In this document: piece after piece, positions 53,946 to 62,486 of the stretch
Layout: every line of letters starts with the position of its first letter
Numbering within the stretch: the stretch's first letter is position 1
Source of the DNA: an archaeon GW2011_AR5
GTDB lineage: Archaea; Aenigmatarchaeota; Aenigmatarchaeia; GW2011-AR5
Assembly (NCBI GenBank): GCA_000806115.1
Contig: JWKQ01000001.1
Span: forward strand, 368,915 to 432,914
Length of the DNA stretch: 64,000 nucleotides
Direction: 5' to 3'
The notes under the pieces: generated by a model
The model's input: only the letters and a program-made list of their open reading frames with translations
Told to the model about the DNA's origin: nothing
The model's database searches: none
Made by a program: the position numbers and the translations under genes

Positions 53946-55670
53946 ATGAAAGTAATAGTGGTAGTCGGCGGAGTAATATCGGGCGTCGGAAAGGGAATAG
54001 TCACCGCATCAATCGGCAAGATACTGCAGCAGTACGGATTCACGACCACGGCTGTCAAGATCGACCCTTACATAAACGTGGACGCCGGAACTCTGAGACC
54101 GACGGAGCATGGCGAGGTGTGGGTAACAGACGACGGCGGCGAGATAGACCAGGACCTCGGAAACTACGAAAGGTTTCTGGGATATGACATCCCGAAAAGA
54201 AACAACATGACAACCGGGCAGATTTACAAGGAACTCATCGACAAGGAAAGGCGGGGGGAATTCCTGGGGCAGACGGTGGAAGTCATTCCTGAAGTGCCAA
54301 ATGAAATAAAGCGCAGGATAAGGGAAGCCTCCAAAAAACCGGACGGAAGCGAGTATGATTTTGTTCTTGTCGAGGTGGGAGGCACCATAGGCGACTACCA
54401 GAACATGCCATATCTCTTCGCCACAAAGAGCCTTGAGATAGAGATGGGGTGGGAGAATGTCGCGCACGTTCTTGTCACGTACCTTCCCGTGCCTGACAAC
54501 ATAGGCGAGATGAAGACAAAGCCGACTCAGCAGGCGATACACATGCTCAACGAAACCGGAATATTCCCCGACTTCGTGCTCTGCCGCGCAATCAAGCCGT
54601 TGGACGAGCCAAGAAAGCGAAAGATACAGCAGAACGCGAACGTCGACGCCGACAATATAATATCGGCGCCGGACATCAAGACAATCTACCGCGTCCCGCT
54701 TAACCTTGAGCGCGACGACCTGGGGAAGAAAATACTCCATAGGATGAAGATGCAGCCGAAGAAAACTCCGGACTGGACAAAGTGGAAAAACCTTGTGGAG
54801 AAGATAGAATCACCGGCGAGGGAAATAAAAGTGGCGATGGTTGGCAAGTACGTCGACATCGGGGATTTCTCGCTGACCGACTCGTACATTTCCGTAAACG
54901 AGGCTCTGAAGCACGCCGGCGCGCACAACAACGCAAGCGTGAAGATAGAATGGATCGACTCAAAGCAGTTCGAAAAAGATTCCTCAAGCCTTGAGAAACT
55001 CTCGGGATACAGCGGCATAATAGTCCCGGGGGGCTTCGGCTCGAGCGGCATAGAAGGGAAGATTTCTGCGATAAAGTACGCAAGGGAGAACAAGATCCCT
55101 TTCCTTGGATTATGTTATGGACTGCAGCTTGCAGTCGTTGAATACGCGAGGCATGTATGCAAACTGCAGGATGCCAACTCAACAGAAGTCAATCCGCAAA
55201 CCAAGAATCCCGTGATAGACATTATAATCACACAGAAGGAGATACTCGAGAAAGGGCAATACGGAGGCACTATGAGGCTCGGGGCGTATGCGGCGGTGCT
55301 CAGGGAAAACACAAAAGTCCTGGAGCTTTACAAACGCACGGGAAGGATGGAGAAGGACAGGGCGAAGATGAGCAGCCTGAAGGATTTCCAGAAAGGCGTG
55401 CTGCACGGGAGCAACCTTGTACTTGAAAGACATCGCCATCGCTTCGAGGTAAACCCGAGATTCGTGGAACAGATTGAAACGGCGGGTTTTGTTTTCTCCG
55501 GTCACCATGAAAGGCTGGACGGTACCATGCTGATGGAATTCGGCGAACTTCCCGGCCACCCGTTCTTCGTCGGCACGCAGGCTCATCCCGAATTCAAGAG
55601 CAGCCTTGAAGACCCGAGCCCGCTTTTCTTCGGATTCATCGAGGCGTGCGCCAGGCGCGCCGGGGCGTAA
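53946..55670 (+). CDS. pyrG: CTP synthase
   Basis: VVGGVISGVGKG N-terminus, glutamine amidotransferase GLCYGLQ and HRHRFEVN motifs. Confidence 0.95.
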   Translation: MKVIVVVGGVISGVGKGIVTASIGKILQQYGFTTTAVKIDPYINVDAGTLRPTEHGEVWVTDDGGEIDQDLGNYERFLGYDIPKRNNMTTGQIYKELIDKERRGEFLGQTVEVIPEVPNEIKRRIREASKKPDGSEYDFVLVEVGGTIGDYQNMPYLFATKSLEIEMGWENVAHVLVTYLPVPDNIGEMKTKPTQQAIHMLNETGIFPDFVLCRAIKPLDEPRKRKIQQNANVDADNIISAPDIKTIYRVPLNLERDDLGKKILHRMKMQPKKTPDWTKWKNLVEKIESPAREIKVAMVGKYVDIGDFSLTDSYISVNEALKHAGAHNNASVKIEWIDSKQFEKDSSSLEKLSGYSGIIVPGGFGSSGIEGKISAIKYARENKIPFLGLCYGLQLAVVEYARHVCKLQDANSTEVNPQTKNPVIDIIITQKEILEKGQYGGTMRLGAYAAVLRENTKVLELYKRTGRMEKDRAKMSSLKDFQKGVLHGSNLVLERHRHRFEVNPRFVEQIETAGFVFSGHHERLDGTMLMEFGELPGHPFFVGTQAHPEFKSSLEDPSPLFFGFIEACARRAGA

Positions 55671-55808
55671 TGCATTCCGGCACTTCTGGCTAACTTTAAA
55701 TACTTGCCGTTTGGAATGAAGAAACAAGAAATCAGATGCGCGAACGGTAAACGCCAGGTGCGTTATGCACTGTTGCGCCCAAGTTAACGTTAAAGAGAGG
55801 TGAAAACC

Positions 55809-55913
55809 GTGAGACAATGGTACGGAGATGACGAAGAAGACGACGAAGACGACGAATGGGAAGACGACGAGGATGAAGAAGGCGGAGACGGCGACGGCGA
55901 TTGGGACGAATAG
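55809..55913 (+). CDS. possible hyper-acidic microprotein (34 aa, GTG start)
   Basis: My own translation gives (M)RQWYGDDEEDDEDDEWEDDEDEEGGDGDGDWDE. GAGAGGTGA lies 5 nt upstream. Confidence 0.25.
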   Translation: MRQWYGDDEEDDEDDEWEDDEDEEGGDGDGDWDE

Positions 55914-56071
55914 ATCCCATCAGCATTTCATACCCAACTAAATAAAATAAATTTTTCCATCGGCTGCTTCTATTTTTTATTCCCACTGATTACGAGCGCG
56001 CAAACGAATTTTTCCTGTAAAAATTTCGGGCAGTAATTCATGAAAGAAAACACCGTTATCATAGCATCAAC

Positions 56072-56176
56072 CTATATAGTGAACCCACAAAAGAATCTGG
56101 ATGTGTTTGTGGGTTCACAAATAGCTCACAAGTAAGTAATTATATCCGGATTGTTTTCTTGTAGAGCTATAAATAC
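56072..56176 (+). repeat. family-2 two-hairpin element, copy I
   Basis: 13-bp stem gtgaacccacaaa (56079) / tttgtgggttcac (56106). Second stem atagctcacaag (56121) / cttgtagagctat (56158). Ends CTATAAATA. Confidence 0.7.
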
Positions 56177-56240
56177 AGTGAAGGTCAAAAATGATTTGAA
56201 AAATAACCCGGGCTTCTCGCCGCCTGAAAAGTGACCGATT

Positions 56241-56369
56241 ATGAAAATAAAGTCAAGATGCCAGAGGTGTGGATTCGAAAAACAGTCGAACTATGACAAC
56301 GAGAAGTGCCCGACGTGCGGCGCTTTCCTGCGCGCGGTGCCCGTAGTAATAAACGGGAAATATTTCTAG
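56241..56369 (+). CDS. zinc-ribbon microprotein (42 aa)
   Basis: My own translation gives MKIKSRCQRCGFEKQSNYDNEKCPTCGAFLRAVPVVINGKYF. Confidence 0.4.
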   Translation: MKIKSRCQRCGFEKQSNYDNEKCPTCGAFLRAVPVVINGKYF

Positions 56370-56427
56370 CAGCGCCGTGAGTTAACTTTATATACTACTT
56401 TAGAGTAACTAATTATAAGGTGTGAAT

Positions 56428-57009
56428 ATGTATAGTCAACCGACACGCAGGGATATATACCTCGCAGGCAGCTCCCAAGGCGGACGCCCGTCCAGGATTT
56501 CAAAGCCGCGATATGCAAACCTTGTAGCAGAAAAAATAGCAGCCGAATATTCTGATTCATTTTGCGGACTTCAGAAATCCAGCATTGCAAGAGCAATAGC
56601 CGAAGGTGAAAATTTGTCAGGATGTTTCACCTCCGTCGAAGACGCTATATTCGGTATGCTGAGGAAGCTTGAAAGAACTTTTACAAAAGACGAGCTTCAT
56701 TACATGACAAAGATGAGAAAATACACCACGCAGAGGCGAGTATTTGATGATTTGCCAGACAGAGTACGACAAAATACAACTCATCCTCATGAAACTCGGT
56801 ATGACGACTCCGACACCACAGAGAGGAAAAGACACGAACTTGCCGTATATTTTGCAGAAAGACGTGCGACAAGACTGAACGGGAGAGAAGATGTCACAAC
56901 TACAGTAAATAATGAGATACGTGCGATGCGCACGAAAACGTCAGAACAAGTACTGGCAATGTATAAAAAATATTTCGGATCACCATCAGGCACGCTGCTG
57001 CTGTTTTAA
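56428..57009 (+). CDS. hypothetical protein (193 aa)
   Basis: ATG at 56428 after AAGGTG, within track ORF 56422..57009. Confidence 0.5.
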   Translation: MYSQPTRRDIYLAGSSQGGRPSRISKPRYANLVAEKIAAEYSDSFCGLQKSSIARAIAEGENLSGCFTSVEDAIFGMLRKLERTFTKDELHYMTKMRKYTTQRRVFDDLPDRVRQNTTHPHETRYDDSDTTERKRHELAVYFAERRATRLNGREDVTTTVNNEIRAMRTKTSEQVLAMYKKYFGSPSGTLLLF

Positions 57010-57033
57010 ATAATTTCAATCTATTTTTCAAGC

Positions 57034-57366
57034 ATGGAAGAATTTCGCTACAAAAGGCTCCCTGCCGCCCTGAAAGCCATAGCTGGCATAAACCCCGAAA
57101 AAGACGTGCGTGTGCGCATACTCGGCAAGATAGTGGACAGGCAGGACGGCATGATAATAGTTGACGACGGCACAACAACTGCGCAGATAATCACCGACGC
57201 AGGAGCAATTGACGCCAAAGGCGCCGTAAGCCCTTGCGAGACTGGCGACCTCGTCTGCGTGTTCGCCCGCGTGCTGCCTCTCGAGGACGGCTACGAACTC
57301 CGCGGGGAGATAGTGCAGAACAAGAACGGCATGGACATGAATCTTCACAAGAAAATCTACGGGTAA
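57034..57366 (+). CDS. OB-fold nucleic-acid-binding protein (RPA small-subunit-like)
   Basis: 110 aa. VRVRILGKIVDRQDGMIIVDDGTT...DLVCVFARV fits an OB-barrel pattern. Lies upstream of PCNA. Confidence 0.5.
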   Translation: MEEFRYKRLPAALKAIAGINPEKDVRVRILGKIVDRQDGMIIVDDGTTTAQIITDAGAIDAKGAVSPCETGDLVCVFARVLPLEDGYELRGEIVQNKNGMDMNLHKKIYG

Positions 57367-57508
57367 TCTTATTAGGAATGCGACGCAACGCTTCACATGC
57401 CCGGCACACGAGTTTATATTTTTAACAGGGATGGTATTTGCAGAGGCTTGATGCCGGCACAGACAATCCCACAGGAACGGCTGAAACGGAACGTAAACGG
57501 TGCAAAAC

Positions 57509-58255
57509 ATGTTCGAAGCAAAGCTTGACGACATTTCTCTTCTCAGGGACAGCATAGCCACCGTGGCGGAGCTTATTGACGAGACAGAACTTCACATTAA
57601 AGAATATGGAATCCAGCTTATCGCCTCGGACCGCGCCGTCGTCGTGGTGGTGGACTTCTACCTTGCCCGTGACGTCTTCACGGAATACAAGTACACAGAC
57701 GACGCGCGCATTGGCATAAACCTCCAAAACCTGCTCCAGATACTGAAGAGGGCGGGCGAAGGCGACTCGCTCACCATAAAAATGGCGGATGGAAAGCTCG
57801 ACCTGACGCTGAAGGGTGTTTCAACGAGAAAGTTCGTGCTCCCGCTGATAGACATCTCGAGGGAAGAAACGCCGCCGATAGACAAGCTTGACTTCTCCAG
57901 CTCGCTCACGGTGGACAGCGAAATCCTGAGCAGCGGCATCGAGGACGCGGAACTAATCACCGATTCCGTAATATTTACCGTAAGAAAGGACCAGCTAACC
58001 ATGAAGGGCGAGTCCGACTCCTCATTCACGCAGCTAGATTTGATGAAAGGCGACGGAAATCTTCGCATAACGGACATGAACGAGCCTGTGAGGGCAAGAT
58101 ATTCTCTCGACTATTTGAAGAAAATCATAAAGGCGAAGAAGCTGTCACCTTCTGCGAAGATATCGATGTCCAACGACTATCCGATGAAGATACAGTTCGA
58201 GGTGCCCGGCAAGATGCAGCTCGGATTCATACTCGCGCCGCGCGTTGAAGAGTGA
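57509..58255 (+). CDS. pcn: DNA polymerase sliding clamp PCNA
   Basis: 248 aa. MFEAKLDD...LRDSIATVAELIDE N-terminus and two-domain repeat are typical of archaeal PCNA. Confidence 0.9.
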   Translation: MFEAKLDDISLLRDSIATVAELIDETELHIKEYGIQLIASDRAVVVVVDFYLARDVFTEYKYTDDARIGINLQNLLQILKRAGEGDSLTIKMADGKLDLTLKGVSTRKFVLPLIDISREETPPIDKLDFSSSLTVDSEILSSGIEDAELITDSVIFTVRKDQLTMKGESDSSFTQLDLMKGDGNLRITDMNEPVRARYSLDYLKKIIKAKKLSPSAKISMSNDYPMKIQFEVPGKMQLGFILAPRVEE

Positions 58256-58259
58256 TAAA

Positions 58260-58472
58260 ATGACGCTGCCTGAAGACATACTGAACAGGATTCATCTTGC
58301 AAGAGAACTGCTTAGCGGGGTTCCCGTGCGCGATATTCGCGAATACGAAGCCTACATAGGCGGCTGCGTCCCGAAAACGTACCGTCCCATAGACCAAAGG
58401 CTATCGGGATATACGCCGGCAGAGAAATCTGTACTTGTAAGAGAGATGCTCCAAGCGAATGAATGGCAATAA
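58260..58472 (+). CDS. hypothetical protein (70 aa) directly downstream of PCNA
   Basis: ATG at 58260 inside track ORF 58245..58472. Confidence 0.4.
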   Translation: MTLPEDILNRIHLARELLSGVPVRDIREYEAYIGGCVPKTYRPIDQRLSGYTPAEKSVLVREMLQANEWQ

Positions 58473-58541
58473 AACGGATTTTTGCCCATTTTTCCGCAGT
58501 TTATTTATCTATAATTTTATTACACGGACAGCAGGCAATAG

Positions 58542-58826
58542 ATGATGCTAATGGCACAAATAATCAATATGCCCAATTACAAGAAGCATGACACAGTTGA
58601 AAAACACGGCCCTGCACGGGTTTATTCGTTCGAAACATTTGAGAATTACAGGACATTCAGGCAGCCGACAGAAAGCTCAAGAAGGAAATTAAGCACCATG
58701 CTTGGCACCGCTGCGGCGGCCGTTCTCATATCCATAGGGCCCGCGTATTACCACATGCCCTTCATCAGGAGCAGAACTCCGTATGAGGACATGCCCGCAA
58801 CTACTTACGCGTCCGGAAGCTGTTGA
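58542..58826 (+). CDS. hypothetical protein with one TM segment (94 aa)
   Basis: Track ORF. Confidence 0.4.
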   Translation: MMLMAQIINMPNYKKHDTVEKHGPARVYSFETFENYRTFRQPTESSRRKLSTMLGTAAAAVLISIGPAYYHMPFIRSRTPYEDMPATTYASGSC

Positions 58827-58944
58827 ATTACATTTTTTGACAGGTCGAACCTTTATTTACCCGAAAAATCAATTAATCAGCAAGGACGCATCATCTAAAT
58901 CCTCAATTGTGCGTCGGCATATCATATTAAATGGAGGTGCAGAA

Positions 58945-59214
58945 ATGGCAGCAGCTAAATCGGCAGCAAGACCGGCATCGAAATCTGGCAAATGCAATTG
59001 CAACCTGGGCCTTATGGTAGTGGCCTGGATCCTGTTCGCGCTCGGGCTTTGGGCACTCGTGGGCGGATTCGCAACGCAGTTTGCAAGCGGAATGCCTACG
59101 GCAATCAACGGTGCAGTGCTCGGCTGGTACTTCCTTGGCATCCTGCTCGTCGGAGTGGGAAAAATGGTCAAGTGGAAGTCGTGCGGGAATTGCACAGTTC
59201 ACACGATGAGATAA
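58945..59214 (+). CDS. membrane protein (89 aa) with CxC and CxxC pairs flanking two TM segments
   Basis: ATG at 58945 after GGAGGTG, inside track ORF 58783..59214. Confidence 0.5.
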   Translation: MAAAKSAARPASKSGKCNCNLGLMVVAWILFALGLWALVGGFATQFASGMPTAINGAVLGWYFLGILLVGVGKMVKWKSCGNCTVHTMR

Positions 59215-59417
59215 GGCATATCAGCTTTTGATGCCGCTTGGTTTTTGCGGCACATTCTTTTCTTTTTCACAACATGCAACTGTCAATGACCACCGCATTT
59301 ATGCGGTGGCTTGCTGAAATTGGCAAATCATTGAGCAATTCGCATTCATTGCTTTTGAATAATTTCTTGAAGGCAATGGAATGCGAAGTTTTAAGGTTGT
59401 CATGACAAATCTATTTT

Positions 59418-60746
59418 ATGAAATTGCTTCTTGCGGCATTCGCCCTGTTGCTGCTGCTCGGGCTTGCCGGCGCAATGACAACCCAGTGCAGCCAGTTCAC
59501 GTCCGAAACAGGCTGCGAGAACTCGGGATGCTCATGGTGCGACAGGTGCGTCGGAAAGGAAATCAATCCCTACGGCTGGGACAGGTGCGTGGAGAGCAGC
59601 CTCAGCTGTACATACAACTGCTCGCGCACATGCGGAGCCAACTGCACTGCAGACAACGACTGTTCAGTCAACCTGACAGACACGACATGCTTCTACGCCG
59701 GCACGTGCGGAGCGTGCAGCTGCAATTACCGGAATGCCACATGCCCGCAGAACGGCACCATTATCGAACAGTACGGAGATCAGGTATGCTACTTCGGGGC
59801 GCGCTACTGCACGTCGGGGGGCTGCTCTATCAATAGCTGTGTCCTACGGACAAACACAATCTGCGACCCGGTTGATGGCTGCGTTTCCTGCCAGGATGAC
59901 TGCAAACAGAATGACGCTTCAGCGTCGTACAGCTCCGACGAGTACATAATCGATAAAAAATGTCAGGACGGCGACGTATTCGGCAGGCAGGTAACCTATG
60001 ACTGCACATACAACGGCCAATGCAATGTGACGAGGACAGATGTGCTTGTCGAAAAGTGCAAGGCGGACTGTTCCGAGACATTCGTCAACGGAATCAATCG
60101 CCCCAAATGCAACGACGAGCTATGCAATATAGACGGTTTAAAGGTGGATTGCAACCGCTACGACGGCTTCTACGGGGACAGCTACTGCGCGGGCAACGAC
60201 ATATACCAGGGATACAGGGATTACAAGTGCGGCAACAACGAGTGCGCCTACGATAACATGCCCACAAAGAAGGGTTCCTGCAACAAAAGCGGCACGACGC
60301 CTTCGGCGTCAGTCAGTTTGTGCCAGAACGGGAGGTGCCATGATTCAGGAACCGTAATAATTGTGAATAGAAGCGAAAGCCCCGGCGGGCAAGAGCCGGC
60401 GCCGCCTTCGGCAAACGTCCTGACAAACATGACTGTGGCGGGCGGGCGGGTATACAGCGGGGTTCTTTTTGGACAAAATGACATAACAGTGCCGGCAAAC
60501 GGGAGAAGCGGGAAGATAAGCTTCAGAATTACGAGGACTAACGGGCTGGGAACGCTTACAATAAATCAAGAAACGACCAACACTTTGCGTCATACATATA
60601 GCCAAACCGTATTCAGCACCAGAAGCGCCGGGAGCTACGAGGTTTCCTTCAACGGCAGCCTCAGGATGCAGACGACAGGTTCAGGCTGGCTGTTCTTTAT
60701 GCCCGCTGTCTACGACGTTGGCACGATTCTGGTACTGTACGATTAA
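59418..60746 (+). CDS. secreted cysteine-rich protein (442 aa)
   Basis: Signal peptide MKLLLAAFALLLLLGLAGA. More than 40 Cys in the N-terminal 300 aa, with a beta-rich C-terminal domain. Confidence 0.65.
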   Translation: MKLLLAAFALLLLLGLAGAMTTQCSQFTSETGCENSGCSWCDRCVGKEINPYGWDRCVESSLSCTYNCSRTCGANCTADNDCSVNLTDTTCFYAGTCGACSCNYRNATCPQNGTIIEQYGDQVCYFGARYCTSGGCSINSCVLRTNTICDPVDGCVSCQDDCKQNDASASYSSDEYIIDKKCQDGDVFGRQVTYDCTYNGQCNVTRTDVLVEKCKADCSETFVNGINRPKCNDELCNIDGLKVDCNRYDGFYGDSYCAGNDIYQGYRDYKCGNNECAYDNMPTKKGSCNKSGTTPSASVSLCQNGRCHDSGTVIIVNRSESPGGQEPAPPSANVLTNMTVAGGRVYSGVLFGQNDITVPANGRSGKISFRITRTNGLGTLTINQETTNTLRHTYSQTVFSTRSAGSYEVSFNGSLRMQTTGSGWLFFMPAVYDVGTILVLYD

Positions 60747-60752
60747 CCTATC

Positions 60753-60763
60753 TTTTTATTTAT
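60753..60763 (+). promoter_or_regulatory. TATA-box-like element upstream of tRNA-Trp
   Basis: TTTTTATTTAT is centred about 30 nt upstream of the tRNA 5' end. Confidence 0.35.
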
Positions 60764-60788
60764 GCCAAGTTACTTTATTCAGAAAACA

Positions 60789-60885
60789 GGGGTCATAGTA
60801 TAAAGAGCTCCAGTAAAGCTCGTAAAACCTGGTAGAACGTCAGTCTCCAAAACTGATTATGGGGGTTCGAATCCCTCTGACCCCA
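60789..60885 (+). tRNA. tRNA-Trp (anticodon CCA) with a 23-nt insertion in the D-arm
   Basis: Acceptor ggggtca/tgacccc + A. Anticodon arm tcagt-ctCCAaa-actga (CCA at 60847-60849). T-arm ggggg-ttcgaat-ccctc. 97 nt in total. Removing 60805-60827 leaves a 74-nt cloverleaf. Confidence 0.7.
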
Positions 60886-60893
60886 TCAGGATT
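60870..60893 (+). repeat. direct repeat copy 1 (tRNA-Trp 3' end + trailer)
   Basis: AATCCCTCTGACCCCATcaGGATT. 17/17 identical, then 22/24 overall, to 61016-61039. Confidence 0.85.
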
Positions 60894-61015
60894 GCTTCGA
60901 TTAAGTTTTGCTTAATCGAGCCGCCAGTTGAACTACGTTCAACTGAGCGCGAACCTTGGGTTCGTCTGCGAATGAACTTTGTTCATTCGAGAGCTCAGTG
61001 TCAAGAAACTGCAGC
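60894..61015 (+). repeat. tandem-hairpin cassette between the tRNA-Trp 3'-end duplicates
   Basis: Four consecutive hairpins: tcgattaag/cttaatcga, cagttgaac/gttcaactg, cgaacc/ggttcg and cgaatgaac/gttcattcg. No ORF. Confidence 0.7.
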
Positions 61016-61039
61016 AATCCCTCTGACCCCATTGGGATT
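61016..61039 (+). repeat. direct repeat copy 2 (duplicate of tRNA-Trp 3' end)
   Basis: AATCCCTCTGACCCCATtgGGATT. Confidence 0.85.
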
Positions 61040-61045
61040 TTATGT

Positions 61046-61594
61046 TCAGAAAAAGTTCTGGGTTATGTGTGCAAAATCCCCGGCAAATGTCACGCCGATG
61101 CCTTCCCTCTGGTAATGCCTTCTCAGGATATTTTCCCTGTGCCCCGGACTGTTCATCCAGCCCCCGACTGTCTTGGCTGCCAGCTCCTGCTGGGTGTACC
61201 AGCTGTATTCCCTTCTCCTGCCTGTAACCTGCCTAATGCCGCCGGGATACTCTATGAAGCTCGTAACCTCCCTGCAAGACTCGTGAAGCGGTATTTTAGC
61301 GATATTTTCGCCTATTCCTTCATAAATTGCGCTTCCTACAGTCTTTCTGACCGGATACCCTGCAATCCTTGCCCTGTCTACCGGCATCCTGCCCTCGGGC
61401 GTGCCGTGACTGAAGTATCCCCTGAATGTCATGTCGCTGCTGTGGTAGCGGGCTACGCCGGACAAAGCGGGGTCTAATCCGAGCTCGGGAAGCGCATATG
61501 TACGCCTTTGGGCGTTTATCATCTCATGGATGGAACGCTCCAAAGACACGGGAATTATGAGAGGTTTGGCGTCCTGGGGCATAGAAATCATCAT
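61046..61594 (-). CDS. CAP/SCP (YkwD-like) domain protein
   Basis: HSSDM...YFSH, GENIA and WMNSPGHRENIL motifs of the CAP superfamily. Confidence 0.75.
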   Translation of the reverse strand: MMISMPQDAKPLIIPVSLERSIHEMINAQRRTYALPELGLDPALSGVARYHSSDMTFRGYFSHGTPEGRMPVDRARIAGYPVRKTVGSAIYEGIGENIAKIPLHESCREVTSFIEYPGGIRQVTGRRREYSWYTQQELAAKTVGGWMNSPGHRENILRRHYQREGIGVTFAGDFAHITQNFF

Positions 61595-61704
61595 AAATTG
61601 TTATTACTATCCAGTGATTGCCTTCCAAAACATACTTAAAGCTATGCTTCGGACGTAATGCTTATATACTACCGGAAAACTAAGGTTGGTTAGGGTGTAA
61701 CAAA

Positions 61705-62082
61705 ATGAAAAGTTCAAAAGCGGGAGAATGGGCATATCTAGTGTCCGTTGTCATCGCAGTATTGGCAGGTATTGCCGCTGCTGCGGGCTTCGGAGCATCC
61801 AGCTGGGTAGCTGTGTTGCTTGTAATACTAGGTGCTGTTGTCGGTCTCCTGAACATTTCCGAGAAAGAAACTACGGCTTTCTTGGTTGCCACAGTAGCTT
61901 TGGTAGTTGCCAGCTTGGGCGCTAACGTATCGGGCACTGCAGGCACATTCAGCGTGCTGAATGTCGTTCCTGGCCTCGGTACATTGATTAACGCCATAGT
62001 TGCCAACATAGCGATATTCGCCGCTCCGGCTGCGATAATCGTCGCTGTCAAGGCTATTATGAACTTGGCAGGCAAGAAGTAA
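61705..62082 (+). CDS. membrane protein (125 aa, 4 TM, Ala/Gly/Val-rich)
   Basis: Track ORF, followed by hairpin cccgc-ttag-gcggg (62093-62106). Confidence 0.55.
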   Translation: MKSSKAGEWAYLVSVVIAVLAGIAAAAGFGASSWVAVLLVILGAVVGLLNISEKETTAFLVATVALVVASLGANVSGTAGTFSVLNVVPGLGTLINAIVANIAIFAAPAAIIVAVKAIMNLAGKK

Positions 62083-62209
62083 GCTCTTCAGTCCCGCTTA
62101 GGCGGGCGGAAGCGGTTTACGGAATGCTGATGTCAGACCGATAATTTAGTCCTATTTCTTTTTTCTTTCTCTATCATTTTCACTTCTCTGTTGTTTTGTA
62201 GGTTAATTA

Positions 62210-62300
62210 CATCTTCTTGTGTAAGAAGATGGAATCCAGAACTCATCCCTTCATCCCATGGCTAAAGCCATGGGTTTTCAGATGAATTCTTAGATAATTC
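62210..62300 (+). repeat. family-1 multi-hairpin intergenic element, copy F (short form)
   Basis: P1 catcttct/agaagatg. P2 atccagaactcatc (62234) / gatgaattcttagat (62281) around hairpin 62255-62274 (TAAA loop). Tail ATAATT. Confidence 0.75.
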
Positions 62301-62486
62301 CAAAATTTTGGGAAATTATAGTATCGGACAATCCTATTTGGGAATATTATTGGTTGTCCGTACTACAAGGTTGAGCGCAGCTCAACCTGTACAGGTGAGA
62401 CGAAGTTTCACCTTGTATATGTGAAGACATAATCATAATATCACTCTAAATTGTTATGTCTTGCACTATATTCCAATTCCGGAATT

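Noticed and set aside
10985-62486. Whether the repeated hairpin elements are a CRISPR array or CRISPR-like repeats
   Set aside because: The copies are dispersed over 50 kb in separate spacers. They are 90-220 nt long and internally heterogeneous, with no regular repeat-spacer periodicity and no cas genes.
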